A DNA stretch of 63,458 nt, the filler included, from Chiloscyllium plagiosum (Eukaryota): assembly GCF_004010195.1 (NCBI RefSeq). It is 5 parts of one record of this genome, joined end to end, with 100 filler letters (N's around TTAATTAATTAA, not from the genome) between each part and the next. Parts side by side here need not be neighbours in the genome. Positions count along the whole stretch, not along the records: positions 26,182 to 42,815 come from NC_057715.1; positions 42,916 to 50,450 come from NC_057715.1; positions 50,551 to 59,367 come from NC_057715.1; 2 more parts are not named here. One strand, written 5' to 3'. The translations under genes were made by a program, and so were the position numbers. Under the pieces are notes generated by a model that was not told the DNA's origin, did no database searches, and saw only the letters and a list, made by a program, of their open reading frames with translations. This document shows positions 38,584 to 51,204 of the stretch, in pieces. Position 1 is the first letter of the stretch. Each line of letters starts with the position of its first letter.

Positions 38584-38949
38584 ACAATCACTACAGTTAG
38601 TACAGTAGTAATTTAATAATTTATCCCTGTTAAGGATTAGGAGATCTTCAATCATAAGCATCCTGGGCAGTCCTGTAAAAGTGTTTTCTCCTTGGAAGTA
38701 CTGTATACTCTGACCTTGTAGCGGTAAGTATTTAGATTTGGTGTGTGAACAAGTACAGGAATTATCATAAACTAATATCCACTGACAAAATGAAAGTGAC
38801 ATGATGTTAGAGTATGTTAATGCAGTTTAGTTAGAGGTCTGATGAAATGGTGGATCGGGCTTGAGGACTGAATGATTTGCTCCTGTTCATATTTTTTAGG
38901 TGTAAAACGTGGCTTTCTTGGTGGCCTTCTTACCTAGAGAGTATGCACA

Positions 38950-39110
38950 AGCCCCACTCTAGAGGCTGGAATGCATAAAGGTCTGATGCTCCAGTGCAAT
39001 ACCAAGAGTGCTGGGCTGTTGCAAGTGCTGTCTTTCAGATAAAACTTTAAATGAGAGATTTACCACTGAACCCATCAGTCTATCAAAGTGGATGTAAAAT
39101 ATTCAACAAT
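38950..39110 (+). mobile_element. Deu-domain SINE fragment
   Basis: ctccagtgcaatacc...gtgctgtctttcagat...gtggatgtaaaa. Confidence 0.6.
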
Positions 39111-40136
39111 AACAGTTATTTCTTCATGACGAGATGTTTCAGCCTCCTTCTTGAAAAAACAAATACCTCCGTGGAAAAGGTTTCAGGGAAAAACAGAAAA
39201 TAATTTTGTTCCTGTTCTCAATTTAATCTGTAATTCTTTGGTCATGTTGCCTTATTTTTCAAAGGACTCTTGCTGTTTTATTTAAGATCTTACTTTCTGT
39301 CGTCATGTCTAGTGCTCTCTTTTACTGCCTTCCTTACTGCTTAAATTTATGTAATCTATTTTCTGCACCCACTTCTTTAATTATTTTTGTCAGTATAAAC
39401 ATGCCACTCACAGCTGGTATAACTGGTACTTGTCAGAAATGGGCACTCAGACTCCTCAAAATAAAAGACTAAAACCTGTTGGTGCATCAAAGGAAAACAC
39501 ATTTCATCAAAGAATTTCAATTCAAGTAAATATATGCATTTTAATTGTAATTATAGAAAGCACATATAAGAAGGTAAGACATCTTTAGATTGATATAAAG
39601 ATACAGGAAAACCTTAATTGTGAACTTGCTTTTGCCAATGATTGGTCTCTTGGCCCATTGTCAATCAGACCTGCAACATACAATAACAAATTTTCTGAGG
39701 TAGCACAACTCTTTGGGCTAACATGCAGTTTAAAGAAAACTGAAGCCTTCACCTCAAGAAGACTATAGACCCCAAGCATTGTCATCAAGGGAACCTTGCT
39801 GAATGCTGTCAAGCCATTTCTCTGTTTGAGGAGTGTAATCTCATTTGATGACACCATAAACATAGAAGTGGACTACAGGCTTTAGAAAGCAGGCAGCATG
39901 ATTGTTCAATTCCACAAACAAGTGTGAAGCAACAACAGCTTTCAAACACAAACCAAATTCAAAGTGTACACAGCTATAGTCCTCACCAACCTTCTGCATG
40001 GTGCACATTCATGAATCTTCACCTTATCCTACTGAGAGACAATCTGCTGGTCATGGATAGTCTTAAAATGCCACCATCACGTCTGTAAACAATGAGTACA
40101 ACCTTTTAAATTCTTCACCTACAAAGAAATGCAAAG

Positions 40137-40177
<41 letters not shown>
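40137..40177. repeat. Compound (TA)n(GA)n microsatellite
   Basis: Direct reading. Confidence 0.95.
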
Positions 40178-41289
40178 TGACAGCATGATGTCTTGCAGGA
40201 ATGTGAATGAAAGTGGTATACATCAATAACTCTTTGATGCCATTATGAAACAGAATATTGAATATGTGCAAAGTTGTGGAAAAATATGCAATTCAGATAA
40301 GCAAGATCAGTTATCACACTTGACTTGGAAGTTTGTGGTTGAGACATTCTCATAGGTTATCACAATTTAATAATGATCAATTAAAAAAACACAGTTGAAA
40401 AGCAACATAAGTGATCTGTTAAAATTCTAGTGACACTATTCCATAATCATCTATATTTAATTTATTTTGCTTTATCCTTTTGCAAAATCACAACATTGAT
40501 GAAAATATGTTTGAAAAAGATGGAAGTATTGTAGAGCTCCCCAGACTGATTAAATGAAGAGCTAAGGGATATCTTAAAATCTTTAGTAGCTACACAAGAA
40601 AAGTACAGCACTCCGTGCTATGGGAAATAATCAACTGGCTACTAAGATTAATATGAATAAGAAATATAGTCAATGATTTATAATAACTATAAATTTAGAT
40701 AACTTCTTGTAAGTCACTTCTTATGAAAAAGTATGGGCATGGCATTATTGCAAAATTCAGAAGGACGTCTACTTGAAGACATTTATTATAAATGGGAATA
40801 CATATATTTTCTTCAGGGATGCTTGAAATACTTTTATTTCAGATCTGAAAAATCATTTTAATTATATATGTAGATATGCCACATTTAGAAGTGTTCACCT
40901 TATTGCTGAAATGACTTGCTACTTCTAGAGTAATAAAGTTAGATATGTCTATTTTCCTGCATTATTTTGAAACTAGAAATACTTGGGTATGCAGTTTTGT
41001 AGACCTTATTCTCAAATAACACAGTTTACATGCATAATTAAATACAATAACATCAAACTGAATCTTGGCATTGTAGTTCAGCTTTTAACACATTCCAAAC
41101 ATTTAACAATAATTACACATATGTATTTTTAGCCTTTCCCATTCAACAACCTTGATTACCATTTCTGAATTTAGCCAGCAACTATACATCATTTCACTGG
41201 AAGAAAAATGATGTAATCTTGTCAAGTTTGAAGGCAGGACAGGTTTTAAAGAAATAGCTTGTAACTACATAATATCTTTAATGACTTCA

Positions 41290-41810
41290 CAATGGCTCAA
41301 AACATATAACCAATGGCTCATATTTTCTTTGCAATCACAGTGTAATGAGGAAGCACAGCAACGAATATTGTAGTTAACTAGGTCCCACTAGACTGAGATA
41401 AGGACAGGATAATCTGTTTTAGATATTGAAGGATAGGTCACCAAAGAACCCTCACTTGGTCTATTTCAAATAGTGTCATGAGATTTATGCCCATCTGAGA
41501 AAGGCAGACAGGATCTCATCTGAAATACAGTACCTGCAACAGTGCAGCATATCCTTAGATTAGGTTACAAACAAAAGCAGAGGTTGCAGGAAAAGCTCAG
41601 CAGGTCTGGCAGCATCTGTCAGAACTGAGGAAGGGTCAGTGAACCCGAAAAGTTAACTGATTTCTCTGCACAGATGCTGTCAGACCTACTGAGCTCTTCC
41701 AGCAATTTGTTTCTGATTTACAACATCCATAAGATCTTTCGGTTTTTACTTAGGTTAGATTATATGCTCAGGTCTTCAGGAGTGGAACTTGACTGAAACA
41801 TGTTTAACTC
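41290..41810 (-). mobile_element. Deu-domain SINE interrupted by a PLE hairpin
   Basis: gataatctgttttag...aaatagtgtcatgagatt...ctcatctgaaa...acagtgcagca; resumes tatgctcaggtc...ggagtggaacttga. Confidence 0.65.
41568..41749. mobile_element. Fold-back PLE derivative
   Basis: aagctcagcaggtctggcagcatctgt pairs with acagatgctgtcagacctactgagct; CTGAGGA agggtcagtgaaccc GAAA; TSD ttaggtta at 41560-41567 and 41750-41757. Confidence 0.85.
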
Positions 41811-42112
41811 AGACCCATGATTGTTACTGCTAAGTAATGTTCGTAAAAGTCCAACTTCTTCAAACGCTCCAAATATTGTATCCTCTTCTCAGAGGAATGA
41901 AAATGTATTTGAAAGATAATTGGCAAAGGTCACTGGCAACAACAGTGGAACCATCCTCCAAGCTGAACAGAAGGTGTAATTCTGTTGTAGCACAGAGCAC
42001 TTTTGGTAATAAGTCCTACTTAGCCAGTCTACTGACTGCCGTAGAACATGTGACTTAACATGAAAGGCTTCCACTCAAATTTCTCTTAAATGATCAATAT
42101 CACACTTCAGAG

Positions 42113-42570
42113 AGCTAAAACTCACACAACAACAGGTTATAGTCCAACAGGTTTATTTGGAAGCACTAGCCTTTGGGGTGCTGCCTCTTCATCAAGTGGT
42201 TGTGGAACAGGACCATAAGACACCAAGTTTACAGCAAAAGGGTTACAATGTCATGGAACTGTCATGACATATTAAACAAATTTAGATCAAGCTTTTCATC
42301 TTTTAGAATGGGATGTGCTAGTTTTGGTTCTTTAATACGTAAACCCTAGAACTCCTCTTAAGTTACATTCTCAAGATAGCTTTTCGAACCATAAGTACCA
42401 TTTCAGCTCAGACAATGCATTGAAGGTGTGAGGTTTAAGCTGTCTGTGTCCTGGTGTTGAGTCAGATTGGTTCTATTTCTAATGTGGGACTTACAGAATC
42501 TTACATGAACTTATGCAGTTTTTGTGCAAAATGAAATGCAATTCTGCAAATACAAATTCACCCCATAAAG
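42113..42570 (-). mobile_element. PLE 3' region/pLTR (family of 18588)
   Basis: caacaggttatagtccaacaggtttatttggaagcactagc... shared with 18607-18680. Confidence 0.75.
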
Positions 42571-42654
42571 TTGTACTCTGGGTCACCCGTATTGTGTTAG
42601 TGACTTCGGACACAAAATCTTCCATGAGCTTATCCTATCTATCACCAGAAGCAG

Positions 42655-43490
42655 CTGAAAAATGTGGTGCTGGAAAAGCGCATCAGGTCAGGCAGCATCC
42701 ATGGAGCAGGAGAATCGACGTTTCGGGCATAAGCCCTTCTTCAAGAATGAGGAAGGTGTGCCAAGCAGGCTAAGATAAAAGGTAGGGAGGAGGGACTTGG
42801 GGGAGGGATGTTGGANNNNNNNNNNNNNNNNNNNNNNNNNNNNNNNNNNNNNNNNNNNNTTAATTAATTAANNNNNNNNNNNNNNNNNNNNNNNNNNNNN
42901 NNNNNNNNNNNNNNNTAGGAGATCCCCTGAGGTGATGAGGTTGTGTACGATCTGGGAGATGATGGTTTGGTGATGGGGGTGGGGTAATGATCAAGGGGGC
43001 GGTAGGAGGAGGTGACTTTGAGTTGGCGTTTGGCTTCAGCGGTGTAGAGGTCAGTGCGCCAAACTACCACTGCGCCCCCTTTGATGGTGAGGTTGGGATT
43101 GGAGCAGAGGGAATGGAGGGCTGCACATTGTAAGGGTGAGAGGTTGGAGTGGGGGAGGGTGGTAGACAGGTTGACGCAGTTAATGTCCCGGCGGCAGTTG
43201 GAAATGAAGAGATTGAGGGTGGGTAATAGGCCAGCGCAGGGTGTCCAGGTGGATGGAGTGTGTTGAAGGCAGATGAAGTGGTCTTCGGAAGGTGGGCAGG
43301 AGTCCTGATTGTAAGAGTAAGCACGGAGGCGGCGGAAGAAGTGTTCGACGTCACAGCGTGTATTAAATTCATTGATGCATGGGCGGAGGGGGATAAAGGT
43401 AAGGCCTTTGCTGAGGACTGAATGTTCGTCCTCAGTGAGGGGGAGGTCAGGGGGAATGGTGAAAACTCGGCAGGGCTGGGATATTCACTA
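42655..43490 (-). mobile_element. PLE with pLTR and RT N-terminal region, middle in a gap
   Basis: pLTR 42655-42815 with hammerhead remnant; DVEHFFRRLR...NPNLTIKGGAVVVWRTDLYTAEAKRQL. Confidence 0.9.
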
Positions 43491-43521
43491 GTATCATTGT
43501 TGGATGATGCCATGTCTAAGA

Positions 43522-43835
43522 ATGGGCAGCATGGTGGCTCAGTGGTTAGCACTGCTGCCTCACAGCACCAAGGACCCAGTTTCAATTCCCACCTCGGGCG
43601 ACTGCATAGAGTTTGCACATTCTCTCTGTGTTTGTGCTCCGGTTTCCTCCCACAATCCAAAGATGTGCTGGTCAGGTGAATTGGCCAGCGTAAATTGCCC
43701 ATAGTTTTAGCTGCATTAGTCAGGTGTAAATATATGGTAGGGGAATAGGATCTGAGTGGGTTACCCTTCAGAGGGTTGGTGTGGATTTGTTGGGCCGAAT
43801 GTGCCTGTTTCCACACTGTAGGGAATCTAATCTAA
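43522..43835 (+). mobile_element. HE1-type SINE
   Basis: gggcagcatggtggctcagtggttagc...tttcaattcc; tail gtagggaatctaatcta. Confidence 0.9.
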
Positions 43836-44414
43836 AAACAAAGAACAGGAATTGATCATTTCGCTGCTTGAGCTTGTACCACTGCTCAATGAGATCACAG
43901 CTGACTTATAACCTAGCTCCACATATTTGGTGTTTTCTTCCTATATTTCATCATAGTGCTGGAGAAGAAAGATCTATTAGTCGCAAATTCCAAATTGATG
44001 TATCCATTCTAGAACCAATTGTCATTGCAGAAGGATGCCCTAAGTTCCTTCTACACTTGGTGCATAGAAATATTCCCCAATTTTACTCCTGAAGTGCCTG
44101 ACTCTAATTTTAATGTGTCCCTTATTCCCAGACTCTCTAGGAATGGAAACAATACCATTCTATATAACTCATTTATTCCCTTCTATCTTTTGGAAATGTG
44201 TTCAGATTACCCATTAATTTTCTAAATTAGAGATCACAACCCTAGTTTATGTAATTCCTCCTTGAAATGGAAATGTTAGTTCAGATGTCATTCTGCTGGA
44301 TATATCTTGCACTTACTTTAAGTTCAAAATATCTTTTCTCAGACATTATGCCCAGAATCACTCTTTGTACTTCTCATGAAGACTCATTATGAGCTTTGGA
44401 GAAGTTAAGCATGA

Positions 44415-44658
44415 CCTAAGGGGCGACCCTTTCACACGAAAGTGGTGCCAGTATGGAATGAGCTGCCAGAGAAAGTGATGGAGGCTGGTACAATTGCAGC
44501 ATTAAAAGGGAATTTGGATGGATACATGAATAAGGAGGGTTTAGAGGGGTAAGGGCAAATGCTGGCAAATGGGACGAGATTTGTCTGGGATATCTGGCAG
44601 GGATGACTTGGACTGAAGGATCTGTTTCTGAGCTGTACAGCTTTGTGACCCCATGATT
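44415..44658 (+). mobile_element. CR1 3' fragment
   Basis: tggaatgagctgccagagaaagtgatggaggctggtacaattg matches 34098-34142. Confidence 0.85.
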
Positions 44659-45689
44659 TCTACTACCTTGAATTTTGTTTCTCTCGGTATAAAGTGAATA
44701 TTCAATTAGCCTTTATATTAGCTTCTGTTAGATTTTTGAGTTGTGAAAAATCACAGCTCCATGATTACCACTCTCTGGGTTGGGTGAGGTTGGAAGGAGG
44801 CTGCCAGTTCTCTCGGTGACCTGCTCTGGGGCTGTTGTACCTTGTTCTAAATTTAAACATAGGAATTAAAACAGAAAACACTCTTCCTGCTGTAATCTCC
44901 TAACTCCACTCACTCTCCATGCCTCCTATTTCCTGTACCTATTCCCATGATCCATCATGCTCCCATGTCAATCTCTGCTCCTGTAGCTATCTCCCATGGC
45001 CCCTCACATCCCCAAGTAAATCCAGTACTTGATCTCCTGTATCTCGTATGCCCCATATCATTCTCATAGACTTTTAGAGCCCAATTCTAACTTAGTGCCA
45101 ACTCATACTCTACTAACAACATTCCTTGTCTCTTTCCTCGTCCTGCCAATTCACCTTTATCCAACATGGTCAGTGATCAAGGAATCCTGACAAAAAAAAG
45201 TAACCAGTTAATTGATTATGACACTAATCAAAAAAATACTGTCATTGACACAAAGAAGCATCTAATATTGAAATTACTTTAACAAATCCCTTATGTAAAC
45301 ATATCTGCCAATCAAGTGCTTTATCTCTCATAACTCCAAGCATTTTGATTCAACAAGCAGTTGGATCTATCTAACTGGAACCATACCTGAAGTATCTCAG
45401 CTCTCCAAAGGGGTACCTTGTCTATCCGAAAGATATACATTGAGGGTAGACCTGCTCTTACCTGGTCTAACCTCCACACTCCATATTCCAGGCTTCAGAG
45501 AGTATCAAACCTGATTGCAGTTGGGGAAGGAACGGCAGCCCCAGAAATTCTGGGTTTGAGATGGGACTTATGATCCATAATAACTTTTCCAGCAACAGAG
45601 ACACCTTCTGCAACAGTGAAAATCAGAGCCTAACTTTCCACATCAGCTTTTTGTTTAAACAAGTGGGGAGTATTCGATGATGGATAAGC

Positions 45690-46640
45690 TTTAAAGAGTA
45701 GGAGGTGAGTTCCTTGCTGTGAAATTCCTAGCCTCTAACCTACTCCTGTAAGCACAATCTGTATATGGCTAGTCCAGTTCAGTTTCTGGTCAATGGTAAC
45801 CCCAAGGAATTGATAATGGGGAATTCATTATGATAATACCATTGAAAATCAAGGAGCAGTGGTTAGATTCTCTCAGTGGGTGATAACCAATTGTGTGTCG
45901 TGAATGTTACTTGTGACTTATCAGCCTAAATCTGAATGTTGTCGAGGTTTTGCTGCATTTGAATATAGACTGCACCAGTATCTGAGGAGTTGTGAATGGC
46001 ATTGAATATTTTGCAGTTATCAGTGAACATCCCACTTCTGACCTTACGATGGATGGAAGGTCATTTCTGAAGCCGTTGAAGATGGTTGAAACTTGGATAC
46101 TGCCTGAGACCTCCTGCAGAGATATTGTGTGGTTGAGGTGATTGATATTCAATAAGCATAACCATCTTCCTTTGTGCTGGGTGTGACTGAAAACAGTAGA
46201 CAGTTTTTCCTGAGTCTCATTTACTGGATTTGAGAGTGTGGTGCTGGAAAAGCATAGCAGATCAGGCAATAACCGAGGTGCAGGAGAATCAACTTTCTGG
46301 GCTTTTGCCCTACTCTCCTGCTCCTCAGATGCTGCCTGACCTGCTGTGCTTTTCCAGCACCACACACACTTGCCTCTAATCTCCAGCATCTGCAGTCCTC
46401 ACTTTCTCATTTACTGGAGTTTGGCTGGTGCTGTTTGATACCACAATCAGTCAAATGTTGCCTTCCTGTTGAGGGAGTCATTCTCACTTCACTCTGGAAT
46501 TTACCTCTTTTGTTCCTATTGAGCTAATTCCGTAATGAGTTCACAAGCTGAGTGGTCTTGTTGAAACTCAAACTGAACGTCGGTGACCTTTGCAAGTGCC
46601 TCTTGCCTGCACAATCAACAATACCTTCCATCACTGTTCA
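45690..46640 (-). mobile_element. Old L2/CR1-like RT remnant
   Basis: FRNDLPSIVRSEVG followed by a frameshifted FTDNC (FADDC-like) motif. Confidence 0.65.
46229..46404. mobile_element. Fold-back PLE derivative
   Basis: gtgtggtgctggaaaagcatagcagatcaggca pairs with tgcctgacctgctgtgcttttccagcaccacac; 14-bp TSD tctcatttactgga at 46215-46228 and 46405-46418. Confidence 0.92.
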
Positions 46641-47109
46641 ATCTAACTGCATCAGCCAAGACAAAGACTAAATAGTCTGAGCAGAATCTTCAAAGTCAGT
46701 ATCATAGCATTTACTTCACAATTCATTGCTCCCTTAGGAAGTTTAGATAGTTGCACAATCTTCCACACTTATGAACTCAGCAGGCTCCATGAATACATGT
46801 TTATATATGTGATTAAAATAAGACATTAGTTGAAATGTTGAATCTAAAATTGGCTGCCATGAAATCCATGTGCATGCTGACAGACACCACAATCTGCCAC
46901 GTCATACCTCTGCTGCTCCCAGCTCCCACAGTAGTGACCTGTCTCAAATGGAATTTGATAGGGGTCTTATTAACAATATGTACAGACAGTGAGGATCCTA
47001 TTTCAACACCACGAGACCATCCACAGCCCTGAAAATATGGGTGCAATGTAACTATAAATATTTTTGATAGTGATCAAAAAAATATTCTTTACAAGTATTA
47101 GCATGGCCC

Positions 47110-47708
47110 TGGAGTCATACAGCATAGAAACAGACCTATGACCCAAATTGTCCATGCCGGCCACGGTTTCTAAACTAGACTAGTCCCATTTGCCTGTGTT
47201 TGGCCCATTTCTCTCTTAAACCTTTGCTATCCAAGTACCTGTCCAAATGCCTTTTTAATTGTAATTGTACTCACCTCTACCACTTCCTCTGCCAGCTTGT
47301 TCCGTATACATACCACCCTCTGCATGAAAAAGCTGCTCCTCAAGTCCCTTTGTAAATCTTTCCTCTCTTACCTTAAACCTATGCCCTCTAGTTTTGCAAT
47401 CCCCTACCCTGAGGAAAGGACGTTGGCTGTTTACTTTATCTCTGCTTCTCATGATTTTATAAACTTATACAAGGTCACCCCTCAATCTCCTATGCTTCAG
47501 GAAAACAGTCCCAGCTATCCAAACTCTCCTCATTACTCGAACCCTCCAGTCTTGGTAACATCTCTAGAAATCGTTTTTGCACCCTCCCTGGTTTATTCCA
47601 ACAGCAGGCTGACCAGAATTGTATACGGTATTCCAAATGTGGACCAACCAATGTCTTGTACAGCCATAACATGATGTCCCAACTCCTGTAGTCAATGCTC
47701 TGACCAAT
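47110..47708 (-). mobile_element. CR1 3' fragment
   Basis: LYKTLVGPHLEYRIQFWS; TRGHRFKVR. Confidence 0.9.
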
Positions 47709-49157
47709 AGGAACTTAGGAATTAGGAGCAGGATTTGGCAATTCAACCCTTTGAGCCATCTCCACCATTTAACATGATCATGACTGATCTTATTCTGGTC
47801 TCAACAGCCCTTACCTCCCTGCTTCCCATAGCTCTTTATCCATTTTTCATTGGAAACATATCTATTTCTTTCTTGAATCTATTATATGATTCTACCTCCA
47901 CGACATTCCAAGGTAGTGCGTTCCACAGATTCACAACCCTCTGAGAGATGTCATTTCTCCTCCTCCCAGTTTTGAACCCACCTTCTCTCACTCTATACCT
48001 ATGCTCTCTTATTCAAGATTGTTCCATGTCTATCTTATCAGTCCCTTTAGCACTTCATGTACCTCAATCAGATCCCTCCAACATTCTTCTGAACTCCAGT
48101 GAGTATAAGCCCAAGCTATTCAACCGCTCCTCATACAACAGCTCTTTATCCCTGCGAGCAGCCTTGTGAACTTCCTCTGAACTGCTTACAGTGCCACTGC
48201 ATACTTTACCAAGTAAGGAGACCAGAACTGAACACAGTATTCCAGATGGGGTCTCACCAGTGCCTTATGTATTTTTTAACAACACTTCTTTACGGCCATA
48301 ATTCCAATCCATTGACAATAAATGCCAGGATTCCATTTGCCTGCCTTATTGTATGTTAAACTTGCTTACCTATTTTCTGCATTTCATGTACAAAGATTCC
48401 CAAATCCCTCTGCACTGATATACTTTGAATCTGCTTCCCATTTAAATAATAACTTGTCCTGTTGTTTTTCCAGCCAAAATGGACAACTTCACACTTACTC
48501 ACATTAACCCCATCTTGCCAGATTCTGCATCCTCCTAGCTTATTAATATCCATTTGTAAACTCTTCATCTCCTCATCACTGCCTGCTTTTCCATCTGTTT
48601 TAATATCATCAGTGAATTTTGCTGTGTTACACTCTGCCCCTCTTTGCAGATCATTTATATATATATTGTAATTAGTTAGTTTCCAAGAATTGAACCTTGC
48701 GACACCCCACTAGTTATAGTTCGCCACATTTATCTCGACCCTATGCTTTCTATCAGTCAACCCATCCTCTAACCAAGCCAATACTCTACCTTAATCCCCT
48801 GGGATCTAACCTTCTGGATCAATCTTTTGTGTAGCACTTTATCAAATGTCTTCTGGAAGTCTAGATGTACCACATCCATTGGATCCCCATTATCGACCTT
48901 GCTGATTACATCTTTAAAGAACTCCAGTAAGTTTGAAACTGTGCTGACAGTGGTGAATTGAGCTTTGTTTTTCCAAATGTTCAGTTATCTCCTCCGTTAT
49001 GATTGACTCCAGCAATGTCCCCTCTGCAGAGATCAAACTAATTGATCTATAGATTCCCACTTTTTTCCTGTCTCCTCTTTTGAATATGGGTGCCACATTA
49101 GCATGTTTCCAATCCACTGGTACCTTTCCAGAATCCATGGACTTTTGGAAAATCAAT
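47709..49157 (-). mobile_element. Older CR1 ORF2/3' remnant
   Basis: IFQKSMDSGKVPVDWKHANVAPIFKRG; KCEVVHFG...QRDLGIFVH. Confidence 0.85.
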
Positions 49158-49404
49158 AACTCATGAAAGCAAGTGTTCTAAACGCCGCTTTCACCACCAC
49201 TTTCAAGGTACAATGTATCTGCACCCAAAGCCTTTGTTAGGGTTTCTGTCAGTACTGAATTTGTTTTAGATGTTGGTGCAGGTGTGTGGGAGATCATGTG
49301 GCCCAGTGAGTAGCATCCCTGCCTTTGCATTAGTAATTCCAGAAGTGTAAATGCTGTTAACACACATTAACAATTGTAGCAAAAATGAGAGGAAATCATA
49401 ATGG

Positions 49405-50760
49405 TAAGACAATGGACAATAGGTGCAGGAATAGGCCATTCTGCCATTTGAGCCTGCACCACCATTCAATATGATCATGGCTGATCACCCTTAATCAGTA
49501 TCTGGATTAGTGGTGCTGGAAGAGCACAGCAGTTCAGGCAGCATCCAAGGAGCAGCGAAATCAACGTTTCGGGCAAAATGAAGGGCCCAGGATCTGGTTT
49601 CCAACAACTGCAGTCATTGTTTTTAACCTCATCCTTAATCAGTAGCCTGTTCTTGCCTTATCTCCATAACCCTTGATTCCACTATCCTTGAGAGCTCTAT
49701 CCAACTCTTTCTTAAATGAATCCAGAGACTGGGCCTCCACTACCCTCTGGGACAGAGCATTCCACACAGCCACCACTCTCTGGATGAAGAAGTTTCTCCT
49801 CATCTCTGTCCTAAATGGTCTACCCCATATTTTTAAGCTGTGTCCTCTGGTTCGGCACTCACCCATCAGCGGAATCCTGGATCTCCCTCGTCCATCTTCA
49901 GAGTTACATCCTCAAAAAATTCCAGGAGATTAGTCAAGCATGATTTCCCCTTCATAAATCCATGCTGACTCTGACCTATCCTGTTACTACTATCCAGATG
50001 TGTCGTAATTTCATCCTTTATAATAGACTCCAGCATCTTTCCCACCACTGAAGTCAGACTAACTGGTCTATAATTTCCTGCTCTCTCTCTCCCACCTTTC
50101 TTAAAAAGTGGTACAACATTAGCCACCCTCCAATCCGCAGGAACTGATCCCGAATCATTCGAACTCTGGAAAATAATCACCAACGAATCCACGATTTCTA
50201 GAGCCACCTCCTTCAGTACCCTGGGATGTAGACCATCAGGCCCCAGGGACTTATCAACCTTCAGACCTAACAGTCTCTCCAACACCAAATCCTGGCAAAT
50301 ATAAATTCCCTTAAATTCAGGTCCTTCAGCCACTGTTACCTCAGGGAGATTGCTTGTGTCTTCCCCAGTGAAGTACCAATTCAATTCTTCTGCCATTTCT
50401 TTGTTCCCCATAATATATTCCCCTGTTTCTGTCTTCAAGGGACCAATTTTNNNNNNNNNNNNNNNNNNNNNNNNNNNNNNNNNNNNNNNNNNNNTTAATT
50501 AATTAANNNNNNNNNNNNNNNNNNNNNNNNNNNNNNNNNNNNNNNNNNNNCCGTCTCTCTTGTATAATTTATGCTTACCACAAAACATACCCCAGTGATC
50601 CAAGAATTTAAATCCTTGCTTCCTGCACCAGTTCCCCAGTCACATGTTCAAGTCCATTATCTCCCTGTTCCTGGCCTCTCCAGCCCGAGGAACTGGAAGC
50701 AAATCGGAGATAACCACTCTGCTTTTCAGCCTTCTTCCTAGTTCTCCGAAGTCCCGACAC
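49405..50760 (-). mobile_element. CR1 with internal deletion, assembly gap and nested PLE fragment
   Basis: ORF2 ...QHGFMKGKSCLTNLLEFFEDVTLKMDEGDP joined directly to TRGHSLKI near the ORF2 end at ~49872. Confidence 0.9.
49501..49630. mobile_element. Short PLE pLTR insertion in CR1 3' UTR
   Basis: TSD ccttaatcagta at 49489-49500 and 49633-49644; inverted pLTR pieces. Confidence 0.85.
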
Positions 50761-51108
50761 AATTGATGAAAATGTATTCTGATGACTGTCCTATGTTCCT
50801 CTGAGTGGGTCTGCACCTTTTTCCATTCTTACAGTTGCAAATCTGCAAAGGTCTATACTCAACTCCCATACAAACCTCACTGGGATTCCCCACGGTCCTC
50901 TACATGTATTAGTATGCTGATGATATAATTTAAAATTGTAATGTTGGATATCAAATTTTATTGCACATCCAAGATGAGCAGAGATTTCTACTAACTATGC
51001 ATTCAGAGAATCAAAACCATTGGGCAAATATCTTACAGGGGCCTGAGAAATGTGACTTATGGTGAGAAATGTGTCAGGAGTCCGATGAGGTCTAGCTCAC
51101 TGTCCAGA

Positions 51109-51204
51109 GTTGAGAGTATGGTGCTGGCAAAGCACAGCAGGTCAGGCAGCATCCGAGGAGCAGGAGAATCAACGTTTCTGTACAAGCCCCTCATCAGGAA
51201 TGAG
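51109..51204 (-). mobile_element. PLE pLTR fragment
   Basis: Reverse complement CTGATGA ggggcttgtaca GAAA cg TT; flanked by actgtccaga/actgtctaga. Confidence 0.8.
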
